The notes under the pieces were generated by a model that searched no databases, was not told the DNA's origin, and saw nothing but the letters and a program-made list of their open reading frames with translations. From assembly GCA_035400625.1 (NCBI GenBank), contig DAOMZT010000004.1:1-32000 (forward strand): a DNA stretch of 32,000 nt, in the 5' to 3' direction. Positions 8,911 to 17,699 of this stretch are shown here, in pieces. A program made the position numbers and the translations under genes. Each line of letters starts with the position of its first letter. Positions within the stretch are counted from its first letter, which is position 1. This stretch comes from an archaeon (GTDB lineage: Archaea > Iainarchaeota > Iainarchaeia > Iainarchaeales > CSSED10-239).

Positions 8911-9654
8911 ATGTTGTCTGTTATTTTGTATAGTCTAATAAGCATACTTATAATCAGCACAATTTCTATTATTGGAATAACTGTTTTTTTTACAAATGAA
9001 AAGAAATTACCAAATATTCTCTTATTTTTAATCAGCTTTTCTGCAGGGGCTTTACTCGGAGATGCTTTTATTCATCTTTTGCCTGAGGCCATGGATTCAG
9101 GAATTAACCATGTGCCAATAGCTGTAATTTCAGGAATATTAGCGTTCTTTGTTTTAGAGAAATTTGTACAATGGAGACATTGTCATCAGCCAACATCTAA
9201 AGAACATCCTCACCCATTAGCAACCATGAATCTTGTAGGGGATGCATTCCATAATTTTCTTGATGGAGTGATAATAGCCACTAGCTATGTTGTTAGTATT
9301 CCTCTTGGTATCGCAACAACCGTTGCTGTTCTTTTACATGAGATCCCACAAGAGATTGGAGATTTTGGAGTTTTAGTTTATGCTGGTTACTCTAAAAAGA
9401 AAGCATTGCTAATGAACTTTATTATTTCTCTTACTGCTCTTCTAGGGGGAATTGTGGGATTATTATTAAGCAAAAGCATAACTTCTTTTTCTGGGATAAT
9501 GATTGCTTTTACAGCAGGTGGCTTTATTTATATAGCGACAGCTGACCTAATACCTGAGATGAAGAAAGAGACAAATTTTAAAAAAACAAGCATTCAACTT
9601 ATTGGTTTGTTGCTTGGTATTGGGGTTATGCTGTTGATGATATTATTGGAGTAA
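8911..9654 (+). CDS. zupT: ZIP family divalent-metal transporter (ZupT-like)
   Basis: ZIP signature LLHEIPQEIGDFGVL, HNFLDG and a polytopic membrane profile. Confidence 0.88.
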   Translation: MLSVILYSLISILIISTISIIGITVFFTNEKKLPNILLFLISFSAGALLGDAFIHLLPEAMDSGINHVPIAVISGILAFFVLEKFVQWRHCHQPTSKEHPHPLATMNLVGDAFHNFLDGVIIATSYVVSIPLGIATTVAVLLHEIPQEIGDFGVLVYAGYSKKKALLMNFIISLTALLGGIVGLLLSKSITSFSGIMIAFTAGGFIYIATADLIPEMKKETNFKKTSIQLIGLLLGIGVMLLMILLE

Positions 9655-9658
9655 AAAT

Positions 9659-11089
9659 ATGGAAAACAAAGTGAATAAAATTAAAGAACACTTAAAAAAT
9701 AATTTCTACAAATATTGGGCAGCAGGTATTTTTTTATTATTAATAATTATTGGTGCATTGTTAATATTTAAAAGCCCTACTTTGTTTTGGGATGAAGGGG
9801 TATATATAAATAATGCAAAATACATCTACTCTCTCGGAGAACAATCAACATATGAAAGTATTAGACCTCCACTTTTTCCAATAATTATTGGCTTATCTAT
9901 ACCTCTAGGCATAGATATTTTAATATTTTCAAAGATTTTTATATTTTTGTGCTTTTTACTAGGAATCTTGGCCATTTATTTAATATCTGAAAAAATACAA
10001 AAAAGCTCAGGCGTATTTTCTGCAATATCATTATTTACCTGCTCTTTAATTGTGTTTGTTTTACCACACATACTTACTGATTTTATTGTTTTAACATTTA
10101 TGCTTATTGCTTTTTATTTTTATATAAATAAAAAATATTTTCTATCTGGGTTATTTTGTGGGGTGTCTGTACTTTTAAGATTTCCTTCTGGTTTATTATT
10201 CATAATATTAGGACTGTTTTTATTTGAAAAAGACATAAAAAAAGCAATAAAAAACATATTGATCTTTGCTTCTGGATTTTTAATTCTTATAGTGCCTTAT
10301 CTTATTAGTAATAAAATCTTTTTTGGGTCTTTTCTAAAACCAATAATTAATGCACAATTGATAGTTGCACAAGGAGGATCTAATTTCTTAGGCACTGCTT
10401 GGTTTTTTATAAAGGTTCTAATAAGTCAAAATCTTATTTTGATTTTTATAATCTTGTTTATTATCCTTGTATTATCTAAAAAAATGAAAGATAAAAATCA
10501 TTACTTATTGTTAACTTTAGTTGTTGCATATTTTATATATTTTGCTCAACTACCACACTATGAAGACAGATATATCTTATTACTTATTCCTTTTGGAGCA
10601 ATAATTACCGGAATTGTAATATCTTATTTCTTGAATAAAATTTCTAATATAAAATTAAAACATTTTGTCGGTATAGCAACATTGATCTTTTTGCTAATTT
10701 TTGTGATATTTATTCTTTTAATTAGCAAAAATATATATAATATTAGCAATGGAAAAACAGAAATAAAGTTTCTTAAAGAAATTGGAGAAATAAATACAGA
10801 AAGGCTGTTTATCTACGACCCGATTACAGGAATATATTTTAATAAAAAACTAAATTGTATTGTAAATCCATACTATACAAATAAATTTATAGAGCGCTAT
10901 CCTGATGTAAATTATATGGTGCTTTCAGAGAAGCTATTTGATTGTAATAATGTAGTTTGTATGGACTGTGATGGTGCTGATCAATGCTTAGAAGAAGAAA
11001 AACTTAAAGAAACACTAAATAGGGAATGGGAAATTATAAAATCAGAAAAGCTATATGGTTTTAATTATTATATTTATTCTAAAAAATAG
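9659..11089 (+). CDS. Polytopic GT-C-type glycosyltransferase (ArnT/PMT-like) with a Cys-rich C-terminal soluble domain
   Basis: More than 10 predicted TMs. A DE motif in the first external loop (LFWDEGVYINNAKY) is typical of the ArnT/PMT_2 family. The C-terminal part reads ...FDCNNVVCMDCDGADQC.... GGAG lies upstream of the ATG. Confidence 0.6.
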   Translation: MENKVNKIKEHLKNNFYKYWAAGIFLLLIIIGALLIFKSPTLFWDEGVYINNAKYIYSLGEQSTYESIRPPLFPIIIGLSIPLGIDILIFSKIFIFLCFLLGILAIYLISEKIQKSSGVFSAISLFTCSLIVFVLPHILTDFIVLTFMLIAFYFYINKKYFLSGLFCGVSVLLRFPSGLLFIILGLFLFEKDIKKAIKNILIFASGFLILIVPYLISNKIFFGSFLKPIINAQLIVAQGGSNFLGTAWFFIKVLISQNLILIFIILFIILVLSKKMKDKNHYLLLTLVVAYFIYFAQLPHYEDRYILLLIPFGAIITGIVISYFLNKISNIKLKHFVGIATLIFLLIFVIFILLISKNIYNISNGKTEIKFLKEIGEINTERLFIYDPITGIYFNKKLNCIVNPYYTNKFIERYPDVNYMVLSEKLFDCNNVVCMDCDGADQCLEEEKLKETLNREWEIIKSEKLYGFNYYIYSKK

Positions 11090-11131
11090 ATATATAAATA
11101 AATCTAGCCCATATATATTTTAGAGAAAATA

Positions 11132-12439
11132 ATGAAAACAATAAAAGATAGGTTATTTGTGTTATTTTTGTTATCTATTGCGATATTTATCTTTATTTTA
11201 TTAATTAGTAGTTATTCTATTTTTGTTTTAATAATTGGAATGCTTGCACTTTATTTTGCAATATTGTTTTTACTTGTTTTTTTTATGTATCCTAAAACAT
11301 CAAAAAGACAAAATATTCCGAAAGTATATCCAAATGTAGCAGTAGTAACTTATGCATTCAATAATTGGAAACCAATTGAAGAAACTATAAAAAATCTTTT
11401 AAAACTAAAATATCCTAAACCACTTGATATTTATGTAATTACAGATGGTTCTTGTGATTTCCTTAAAAAATATCCAATAAAAATCATCACTATACCAAAA
11501 AAATACTTTAAAAACAGACTAAATGTAAAAGCAACAATAATGAATATCGGACTTAAAAAAATAAACACAGATTATTTCTTTTGTGTAGATGGTGACACCA
11601 TCCCAAAACCAGATGCTCTAATGAAAATGATTCCTTTCTTAGAAGAAAAAGGAGTTGTTGTGGTAAATGGTTTTTTAGTCCCATCTAATAATGATAATCT
11701 AATATCAAAAATTCAAACTATAGAGTATAACTTTAGCTGGGGACTATTTCAAAGAATCATGGGAGCAATGGATTCTATTTCTGTTGCTGTTGGAGGAATG
11801 TGCTTAATACAAAAAAAAGCATTTCATGAAGTTGGTGGATATGATGAAAATAATGTTACAGAAGATAGAGAGTTAGTTTATAGACTAAGAGAAAAAGGAT
11901 ATAAATTTAGGTTCTCTGAAGAATCTAGGGGCTACACAGAAGTTCCAACCACACACAAACAGTTGATAAAACAAAGATTAAGATGGTATTATGGAGAGAT
12001 AGATACTGCTACAAAACATAGAAAATTCTATCTAAATAAAAAATATAATATGTATGGATTATTTATTTTGCCATATACTTTATTTATGCAAATTATATCT
12101 ATTGCTATATTATTTAGATTAGTTCATTTTATTTATAAAAAATATGTTGTTTTTTACTACCATCTTTTAGTTCAGATGATTAAACAATCATATTTTACAA
12201 AACTACCATTTATATTTCCAAATTATTTACCTTCAACAACGTTCTTTTGGCTGATTATTTTTGTAATATCTATGTTTTTGATATATGTGGGTTTTACACA
12301 TAGTAAATTTAATTTAAAACCAAAATATTATTTTGCATTTTTTATATATCTGTTTTTTTATAATCTTTATTTAGGAGTTATATATTTAATTGCAATGATA
12401 CAAAATATTATAGGTGATTTTAAATGGGAAAAGAGCTAA
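11132..12439 (+). CDS. Membrane-integrated family-2 glycosyltransferase with processive-synthase motifs (NodC/HAS/CesA/PgaC-like)
   Basis: Two N-terminal TMs and about four C-terminal TMs flank a GT2 domain with the D,D,D,QxxRW set: YVITDGS, CVDGDT, NVTEDRE and QRLRW (nt 11972-11986). Confidence 0.82.
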   Translation: MKTIKDRLFVLFLLSIAIFIFILLISSYSIFVLIIGMLALYFAILFLLVFFMYPKTSKRQNIPKVYPNVAVVTYAFNNWKPIEETIKNLLKLKYPKPLDIYVITDGSCDFLKKYPIKIITIPKKYFKNRLNVKATIMNIGLKKINTDYFFCVDGDTIPKPDALMKMIPFLEEKGVVVVNGFLVPSNNDNLISKIQTIEYNFSWGLFQRIMGAMDSISVAVGGMCLIQKKAFHEVGGYDENNVTEDRELVYRLREKGYKFRFSEESRGYTEVPTTHKQLIKQRLRWYYGEIDTATKHRKFYLNKKYNMYGLFILPYTLFMQIISIAILFRLVHFIYKKYVVFYYHLLVQMIKQSYFTKLPFIFPNYLPSTTFFWLIIFVISMFLIYVGFTHSKFNLKPKYYFAFFIYLFFYNLYLGVIYLIAMIQNIIGDFKWEKS

Positions 12440-13107
12440 ACGAAAAATTTAATAAAAATATATTTATTGCAGCAATATTAATTGTTCTGATCGTATTTAT
12501 TGTTGGATTTTTCACCATCACAATATATGATAATAAAAAAAGAACAGGGCTTATGGATGAATTTAATATACTTAACCAACAGACTGGATTAGATGAAATA
12601 TATGAAATCTATTTAAAAGAAAATCCAGAGAAGAAATGTGAAATATTAAAAAGCCAACTAAATTCTATGTTAAATACAAATAATAAATTATATATTAAAC
12701 TTAAACAATATAATGAAAATGCAATAGTAAGCACAGACAATGTAATAAAATACCAATTTGTGATAACAAACATTAAATTATGGTTACAATACAATAAATT
12801 AAAGGATGAATGTGATTCAAACATCAATGTTATGCTTTATTTCTATCCAGAAATCTTTGAAGACACACCAAAAAAATCAGAATTAGACGCAAAAACAATA
12901 ATCTTTGAAAACAAATTAAGAAGCATAATGACAAATTGCGACTATTTGTCTATTGCTTTACCAGATAAAAGTGATATAGAAATTATAAACCTTATAAAAC
13001 AGGAATATTCTATTATTGATTCGCCATCAGCTTTAATAAATGGCAAAGTTTATTATAATTTAGATTTAACAACTGACTTTTATGAAGAAATAAACTGTAA
13101 GGAATAA
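12424..13107 (+). CDS. Hypothetical N-terminally membrane-anchored protein
   Basis: Single TM IFIAAILIVLIVFIVGFFTITIY, then a ~190-aa domain with 4 Cys. It overlaps the upstream GT2 gene by 16 nt and ends 2 nt before the next GT2. I recognise no family. Confidence 0.55.
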   Translation: MGKELNEKFNKNIFIAAILIVLIVFIVGFFTITIYDNKKRTGLMDEFNILNQQTGLDEIYEIYLKENPEKKCEILKSQLNSMLNTNNKLYIKLKQYNENAIVSTDNVIKYQFVITNIKLWLQYNKLKDECDSNINVMLYFYPEIFEDTPKKSELDAKTIIFENKLRSIMTNCDYLSIALPDKSDIEIINLIKQEYSIIDSPSALINGKVYYNLDLTTDFYEEINCKE

Positions 13108-13109
13108 AT

Positions 13110-13850
13110 ATGAAAATACTAATAACAATACCATGCTATAACGAAGGAAGAAAACTAGAAAAAAACATAACTAAACTTAATAACTTTCTTTCTAAAAACC
13201 TTAAAGAACCATACTTGATTGATATTGCAGACAATAACTCCAAAGACAACACTAAAGATATTGCAAAAAAACTAGAGAAGAAATATCCTACAGTAAAATA
13301 TACTTTTGTCAAAGAACAAGGAAAAGGATTAGCTATCAAGTATTCTTGGAATAATACCGGCAAAGACTATGATGTCTTGTCCTTTATGGATGCTGATCTT
13401 GCAACAGGAATAGATGCTTTCCCTGGAATGATAAAAAAGATAACTAAAGATAACTATGATTTAGTCTACGGGAGTAGATATCATCCTAAATCTAACACCA
13501 AAAGGACCATTGGAAGATATATAATAAGCAAGGGCTATCTTTTTCTACAAAAGATAATACTAGGTACTTCTTTTACAGATACACAATGTGGCTTTAAAGC
13601 CATAAAGAAAAAAGCATATTTCCAGATAAAAGACCTTTTCTTGAAGAAAAGACTTTCTGGAGACAAGAACAATATGTTCTTTGATACTGAGCTTCTGGTT
13701 TTAGCAAAATACAAGGGACAAAAGATTATTGATTATCCTGTTACTTGGAAAGAACAAAAAGAAACAAGCGTTAAGATCTTTAAGTACTCTATTCTTTTCT
13801 TAAGATATCTTTTCTATTTTAGAAAAGAAATAAAAAGAAAAAAAAACTAA
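13110..13850 (+). CDS. Family-2 glycosyltransferase, dolichyl/polyprenyl-phosphate sugar synthase-like (Dpm1/GtrB/AglK-like)
   Basis: The N-terminal ITIPCYNEG, the DxD-like FMDADL and the downstream TDTQCGFKA are typical of Dpm1/GtrB-type GT2 enzymes. Confidence 0.82.
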   Translation: MKILITIPCYNEGRKLEKNITKLNNFLSKNLKEPYLIDIADNNSKDNTKDIAKKLEKKYPTVKYTFVKEQGKGLAIKYSWNNTGKDYDVLSFMDADLATGIDAFPGMIKKITKDNYDLVYGSRYHPKSNTKRTIGRYIISKGYLFLQKIILGTSFTDTQCGFKAIKKKAYFQIKDLFLKKRLSGDKNNMFFDTELLVLAKYKGQKIIDYPVTWKEQKETSVKIFKYSILFLRYLFYFRKEIKRKKN

Positions 13851-16420
13851 TTTTTTGCTTTTGCTTTTTCTAAAAAATTTGTTATTGGGATAATGATAAA
13901 AGAAAACAAACTAAATGCCAAAACCATTAACCAATCTTTTAAAGATAAAGCCACAACATTAAAAGCATCTTGCATAAATGGATTGTATATTAAAAACACA
14001 TGTAATGCCAAAACTAAAATAATGCTTACAATTAACATGTTGTTTGAGAATAGCTTCTTTAATTTAAAAGAACCTTCAGAATTACAAGCAAATGCAAAGA
14101 TTAGTTCAAAGAAAACAATGCCTGTTAGTAATAAAGTCCTAGCATAAGATGGCTGACTAATATCAAAAGTATTGATACCCAAACTTGCATCAATATGAAG
14201 ACCATAAGAAAACAAGATTATTTCCCCTATTATCTTAACAACCAAAGCAACAATAATAAAAGTTGTAAAAGACTTAAAGGCATTACCATCTTGCTTGTTT
14301 GGCTTTCTTAACATTATATCTTTTGTTGCTGGTTTTCTACCTAGAGCAATTGCAGGCAAAGAGTCTGTTACAAGATTAATCCAAAGTATCTGTAATGCTA
14401 GTAAAGGTATAGGGAAAGCCAGAATTGCAAGTATTGCTACAATAATTAATAAATCAAAATTTACTGCAAGCATATACTTGACAAACAACAAAATATTGTC
14501 ATATATTCTCCTACCCTCCTTAATTGCAGAAATTATGCTTGAGTAATTGTCGTCTTTTAGGACAACATCAGCAACCTCTTTAGTGGCTTCTGTTCCTTTG
14601 ATACCCATGGCTATGCCAATATCTGCTTTCTTTAAAGCAGGAGCATCATTAACGCCATCACCTGTTACTGCTACAACTTCTCCTGATTTTTGTAAAAGAT
14701 CAACTATTCTGTATTTGTGATTTGGCTTTGCTCTTGCAAAGATGTCTGTTTTATAGATTAATTCTGTTGCCTCTTTATCAGACATAGAATCCAAAACATT
14801 AGCAGAAACTGCTTGAGGATTTTTAAAACCTATTTTTTCTGCTATGGCTTTAGCAGTTAATGGATTATCGCCAGTTATAATCTTAGTAACAATCCCCGCT
14901 TTTCTTGCAATACTTAGTGCTTCTTTAATATCTGGTCGTGGCGGGTCCATCATTCCAACAATACCAACAAAAATAAAATTTTCTTCTTTTTTATCTTTAA
15001 TATTCTTTATTGGCCTATAGGCAAAAGCTAATACCCTTAGAGCCTCACAAGAATATCTTTCTTCAAAATCCTTAAATTTTTTAATGTCTCTTTCAGTTAT
15101 ATTTCTTACTTTGCCTTTTTCTAAAACCCTATCACATTTGTTTATGACTTCTTCAAATGCGCCTTTTGTAAAAATCTCATAACTTCCTTCTATCTCATGA
15201 ATCGTTGACATCATTTGTCTTTGAGAAGAAAAAGGGATCTCATCTATAAATTTGTAATTGTTTGTTATTTGGGCTTTTTTTGCTAGTATCTTTAAAGCAA
15301 TCTCTGTAGGGTCTCCAAAGATTTGTTTTTCAATTTCTGCATTGTTACAGTTGTTTGCAATATCTATGAGCTTATGTGCATCAATATTATCAATTTCTTC
15401 TATATCTGTAGAGTGATAACCAGAACTTAATATTTCTTTTTCATAATTGAAAGTATAAACTTTCTCAACATTCATTTCATTTAAAGTAAGAGTGCCTGTC
15501 TTGTCTGAGCAAATAACTGTTGTTGCACCAAGTGTTTCTATTGAACTTAATTTCTTAACAATTGCGTTCTTTTTAAACATTAATTGCACGCCACTTGCTA
15601 AAGTAAGAGTCATAACTATTGGTAAGCCCTCAGGTATTGCTGAAATTGCAAGAGAAACAGAAATTAAAAAAATAGCTAATACTCCTTCTCCTCTTAACAG
15701 CCCCAAAACAAAAATAATCACAAAACTTACTATAAGGATATATATTAAAATCTTAGATAGCTTATCTATCTGAACAGAAAGATGAGTCTTTACATTTTCT
15801 TCTTTTGAAACAAGATTTACAATCTTTCCAAACTCTGTGTTTATTCCTGTTTTTTCAACAATTGCTAGACCTTTGCCACTCGCTATTGTGGTTCCAGAAA
15901 ATAATTTGTTTTTACCTTCCTCTTTACTTGTAATATCTTTTGAAACAGGAACGCTTTCTCCACTTAAGACCGACTCATCAACAACTAAAGAATAATTTTC
16001 AAGAATTTTTAGGTCTGCAGGAACCTTATCACCCTCATACACATAAACTATATCTCCTGGAACCAAGTCTTCAGAATTAATTTCTTGTTTTTTACCATCT
16101 CTAAGAACAAGAGTTGTTTTTACTAGCATTTTCTTTAAAGAATCAACAGCTCTGTCTGCTTTATATTCTTGAGCAAAACCTATTAGGCCATTAACCACTA
16201 TAATAATAAGAACCAAAACAAACTCTAGGGTATCTCCCATAAACAAAAAAATAAAAGCACATATCAAAAGAATAATAATAATTAATGATGTAAACTGGGA
16301 AATGAGTATCTTAAGAACTGTATTTTCTTTTTTAACCTCTATTTTATTATGCCCATATTTTTTAATAAGAAGCTCTGCTTCTGAAGTGGTCAAGCCATTA
16401 TTTATATTTGTTTGTTGCAT
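13847..16420 (-). CDS. P-type cation-transporting ATPase, P2 (SERCA/PMCA-like Ca2+-type)
   Basis: CSDKTGTLT phosphorylation site, TM4 AIPEGLP, ITGDNPLTA, TGDGVNDAPALKKADIGIAMG and TM6 NLVTDSLPA. Its stop overlaps the stop of the convergent GT2 gene. Confidence 0.93.
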   Translation of the reverse strand: MQQTNINNGLTTSEAELLIKKYGHNKIEVKKENTVLKILISQFTSLIIIILLICAFIFLFMGDTLEFVLVLIIIVVNGLIGFAQEYKADRAVDSLKKMLVKTTLVLRDGKKQEINSEDLVPGDIVYVYEGDKVPADLKILENYSLVVDESVLSGESVPVSKDITSKEEGKNKLFSGTTIASGKGLAIVEKTGINTEFGKIVNLVSKEENVKTHLSVQIDKLSKILIYILIVSFVIIFVLGLLRGEGVLAIFLISVSLAISAIPEGLPIVMTLTLASGVQLMFKKNAIVKKLSSIETLGATTVICSDKTGTLTLNEMNVEKVYTFNYEKEILSSGYHSTDIEEIDNIDAHKLIDIANNCNNAEIEKQIFGDPTEIALKILAKKAQITNNYKFIDEIPFSSQRQMMSTIHEIEGSYEIFTKGAFEEVINKCDRVLEKGKVRNITERDIKKFKDFEERYSCEALRVLAFAYRPIKNIKDKKEENFIFVGIVGMMDPPRPDIKEALSIARKAGIVTKIITGDNPLTAKAIAEKIGFKNPQAVSANVLDSMSDKEATELIYKTDIFARAKPNHKYRIVDLLQKSGEVVAVTGDGVNDAPALKKADIGIAMGIKGTEATKEVADVVLKDDNYSSIISAIKEGRRIYDNILLFVKYMLAVNFDLLIIVAILAILAFPIPLLALQILWINLVTDSLPAIALGRKPATKDIMLRKPNKQDGNAFKSFTTFIIVALVVKIIGEIILFSYGLHIDASLGINTFDISQPSYARTLLLTGIVFFELIFAFACNSEGSFKLKKLFSNNMLIVSIILVLALHVFLIYNPFMQDAFNVVALSLKDWLMVLAFSLFSFIIIPITNFLEKAKAKN

Positions 16421-16486
16421 AATATTAAATATATTTTAGATTGTTTTATAAATATTATCTAAGAATTATATATAGGAGGTTTTTAG

Positions 16487-17113
16487 ATGATAAAACTAAT
16501 AATATTTGATTTGTGGAAAACTTTAGCATACAGAGATGTAAATTATAGTAGTACTACAAAAATGCTTGAAGTTACAAAAGCGGATATCCCTAAAGATAAA
16601 TTTGTAAAAATGTTTGAAGAATCATTACAAACTAAAAGATGGAGAAAAGAATATCTTGCATATAAGTTGCTTTGTAAGAACATGGGACTTAAGACAACAA
16701 AAGAAAATATAGAATTATTAATGAAAATTAGAAAAGATGCTGAAAAGAAAACTAAGTTATATGATCACAGCATAAAATTATTAAAACAACTTAGAGAGCA
16801 AGGGTATAAAACTGCATTAATATCTAACGCTAGTGTTTTTGCAATAAAGGAAATTAAAAAAACTAAGCTTTTAGATTATATTGATTATCCTATATTCTCG
16901 TTTAATGTTGGAGTCATTAAACCAAATAAAAAGATATATCTGGAAGCACTAAAAACAGCTAAATGTAAGCCACAAGAAGCATTAATGATTGGAGACAAAC
17001 TTATTGATGATGTGTTACCTCCAAGAAAATTAGGAATGAATGCTTTACATTATAAAGGGAACTACGAAGAACTTAAAAAAGGGCTAAAGAAATTTAAGAT
17101 AATTGTAAAATAA
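16487..17113 (+). CDS. HAD-superfamily hydrolase (subfamily IA-like)
   Basis: Motif I IIFDLWKTL, motif II ALISNAS and motif IV MIGDKLIDDV. AGGAGG lies upstream of the ATG. Confidence 0.78.
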   Translation: MIKLIIFDLWKTLAYRDVNYSSTTKMLEVTKADIPKDKFVKMFEESLQTKRWRKEYLAYKLLCKNMGLKTTKENIELLMKIRKDAEKKTKLYDHSIKLLKQLREQGYKTALISNASVFAIKEIKKTKLLDYIDYPIFSFNVGVIKPNKKIYLEALKTAKCKPQEALMIGDKLIDDVLPPRKLGMNALHYKGNYEELKKGLKKFKIIVK

Positions 17114-17115
17114 TC

Positions 17116-17679
17116 CTAATAATCATGACCTGGGCAAAGAATTTCAAAATCTAGATCTGCCAACATATCTAAGGACTTTTCCATTTTCTTTGGCTCTGAA
17201 CTTGGAAGATCTACTCTGCCATGACCATCATAGAAAAGAGTGTCTCCTGAGTAAAGTATCTTCTTTGCAGAATCAAAAATACATATAGAACCACAAGTGT
17301 GTCCTGGTGTGTGGAGTATCTGATATCTTTTTGGAAGCTTAAGTCTTGCTACACTAATTAACTTTGGAGTGAATTTTTTGACAATTACTGGATTTAGAAT
17401 TGCACCCTCTTTATTCTTCTCTAAGAATTTAATTTCGTCTTTGTGAGCATAAAATTTTGCTTTTGGGAACAGATTAAAGTTTCCAATGTGGTCATAGTGA
17501 AGATGAGTAAAGACAACTGTCTTTATTGTTGCAGGATCTACAATACTAGTCAATTCTCTTTCAATCATTGCTCTTTCCAAGTAATTTCCTGCATCTATGA
17601 CTAGATTTAGGGGTTTTATGTAATACATGTTAGAATCACATGCAATCTTATATACTTCATCATTTATTTTTTGTAACAT
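17116..17679 (-). CDS. Metallo-beta-lactamase fold hydrolase
   Basis: THLHYDHIGN (HxHxDH), later HTPGHT and CPGHD. AGGAG precedes the ATG at 17679, so the track start at 17715, which overlaps GluRS, is less likely. Confidence 0.85.
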   Translation of the reverse strand: MLQKINDEVYKIACDSNMYYIKPLNLVIDAGNYLERAMIERELTSIVDPATIKTVVFTHLHYDHIGNFNLFPKAKFYAHKDEIKFLEKNKEGAILNPVIVKKFTPKLISVARLKLPKRYQILHTPGHTCGSICIFDSAKKILYSGDTLFYDGHGRVDLPSSEPKKMEKSLDMLADLDFEILCPGHDY

Positions 17680-17699
17680 TTTATATTGCTCCTTTTTAA

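Noticed and set aside
13847-13850. 4-nt overlap of the convergent stop codons of the GT2 gene and the P-type ATPase gene
   Set aside because: This is simple compaction (cTAa read on both strands). No structure or additional signal suggests a regulatory function.
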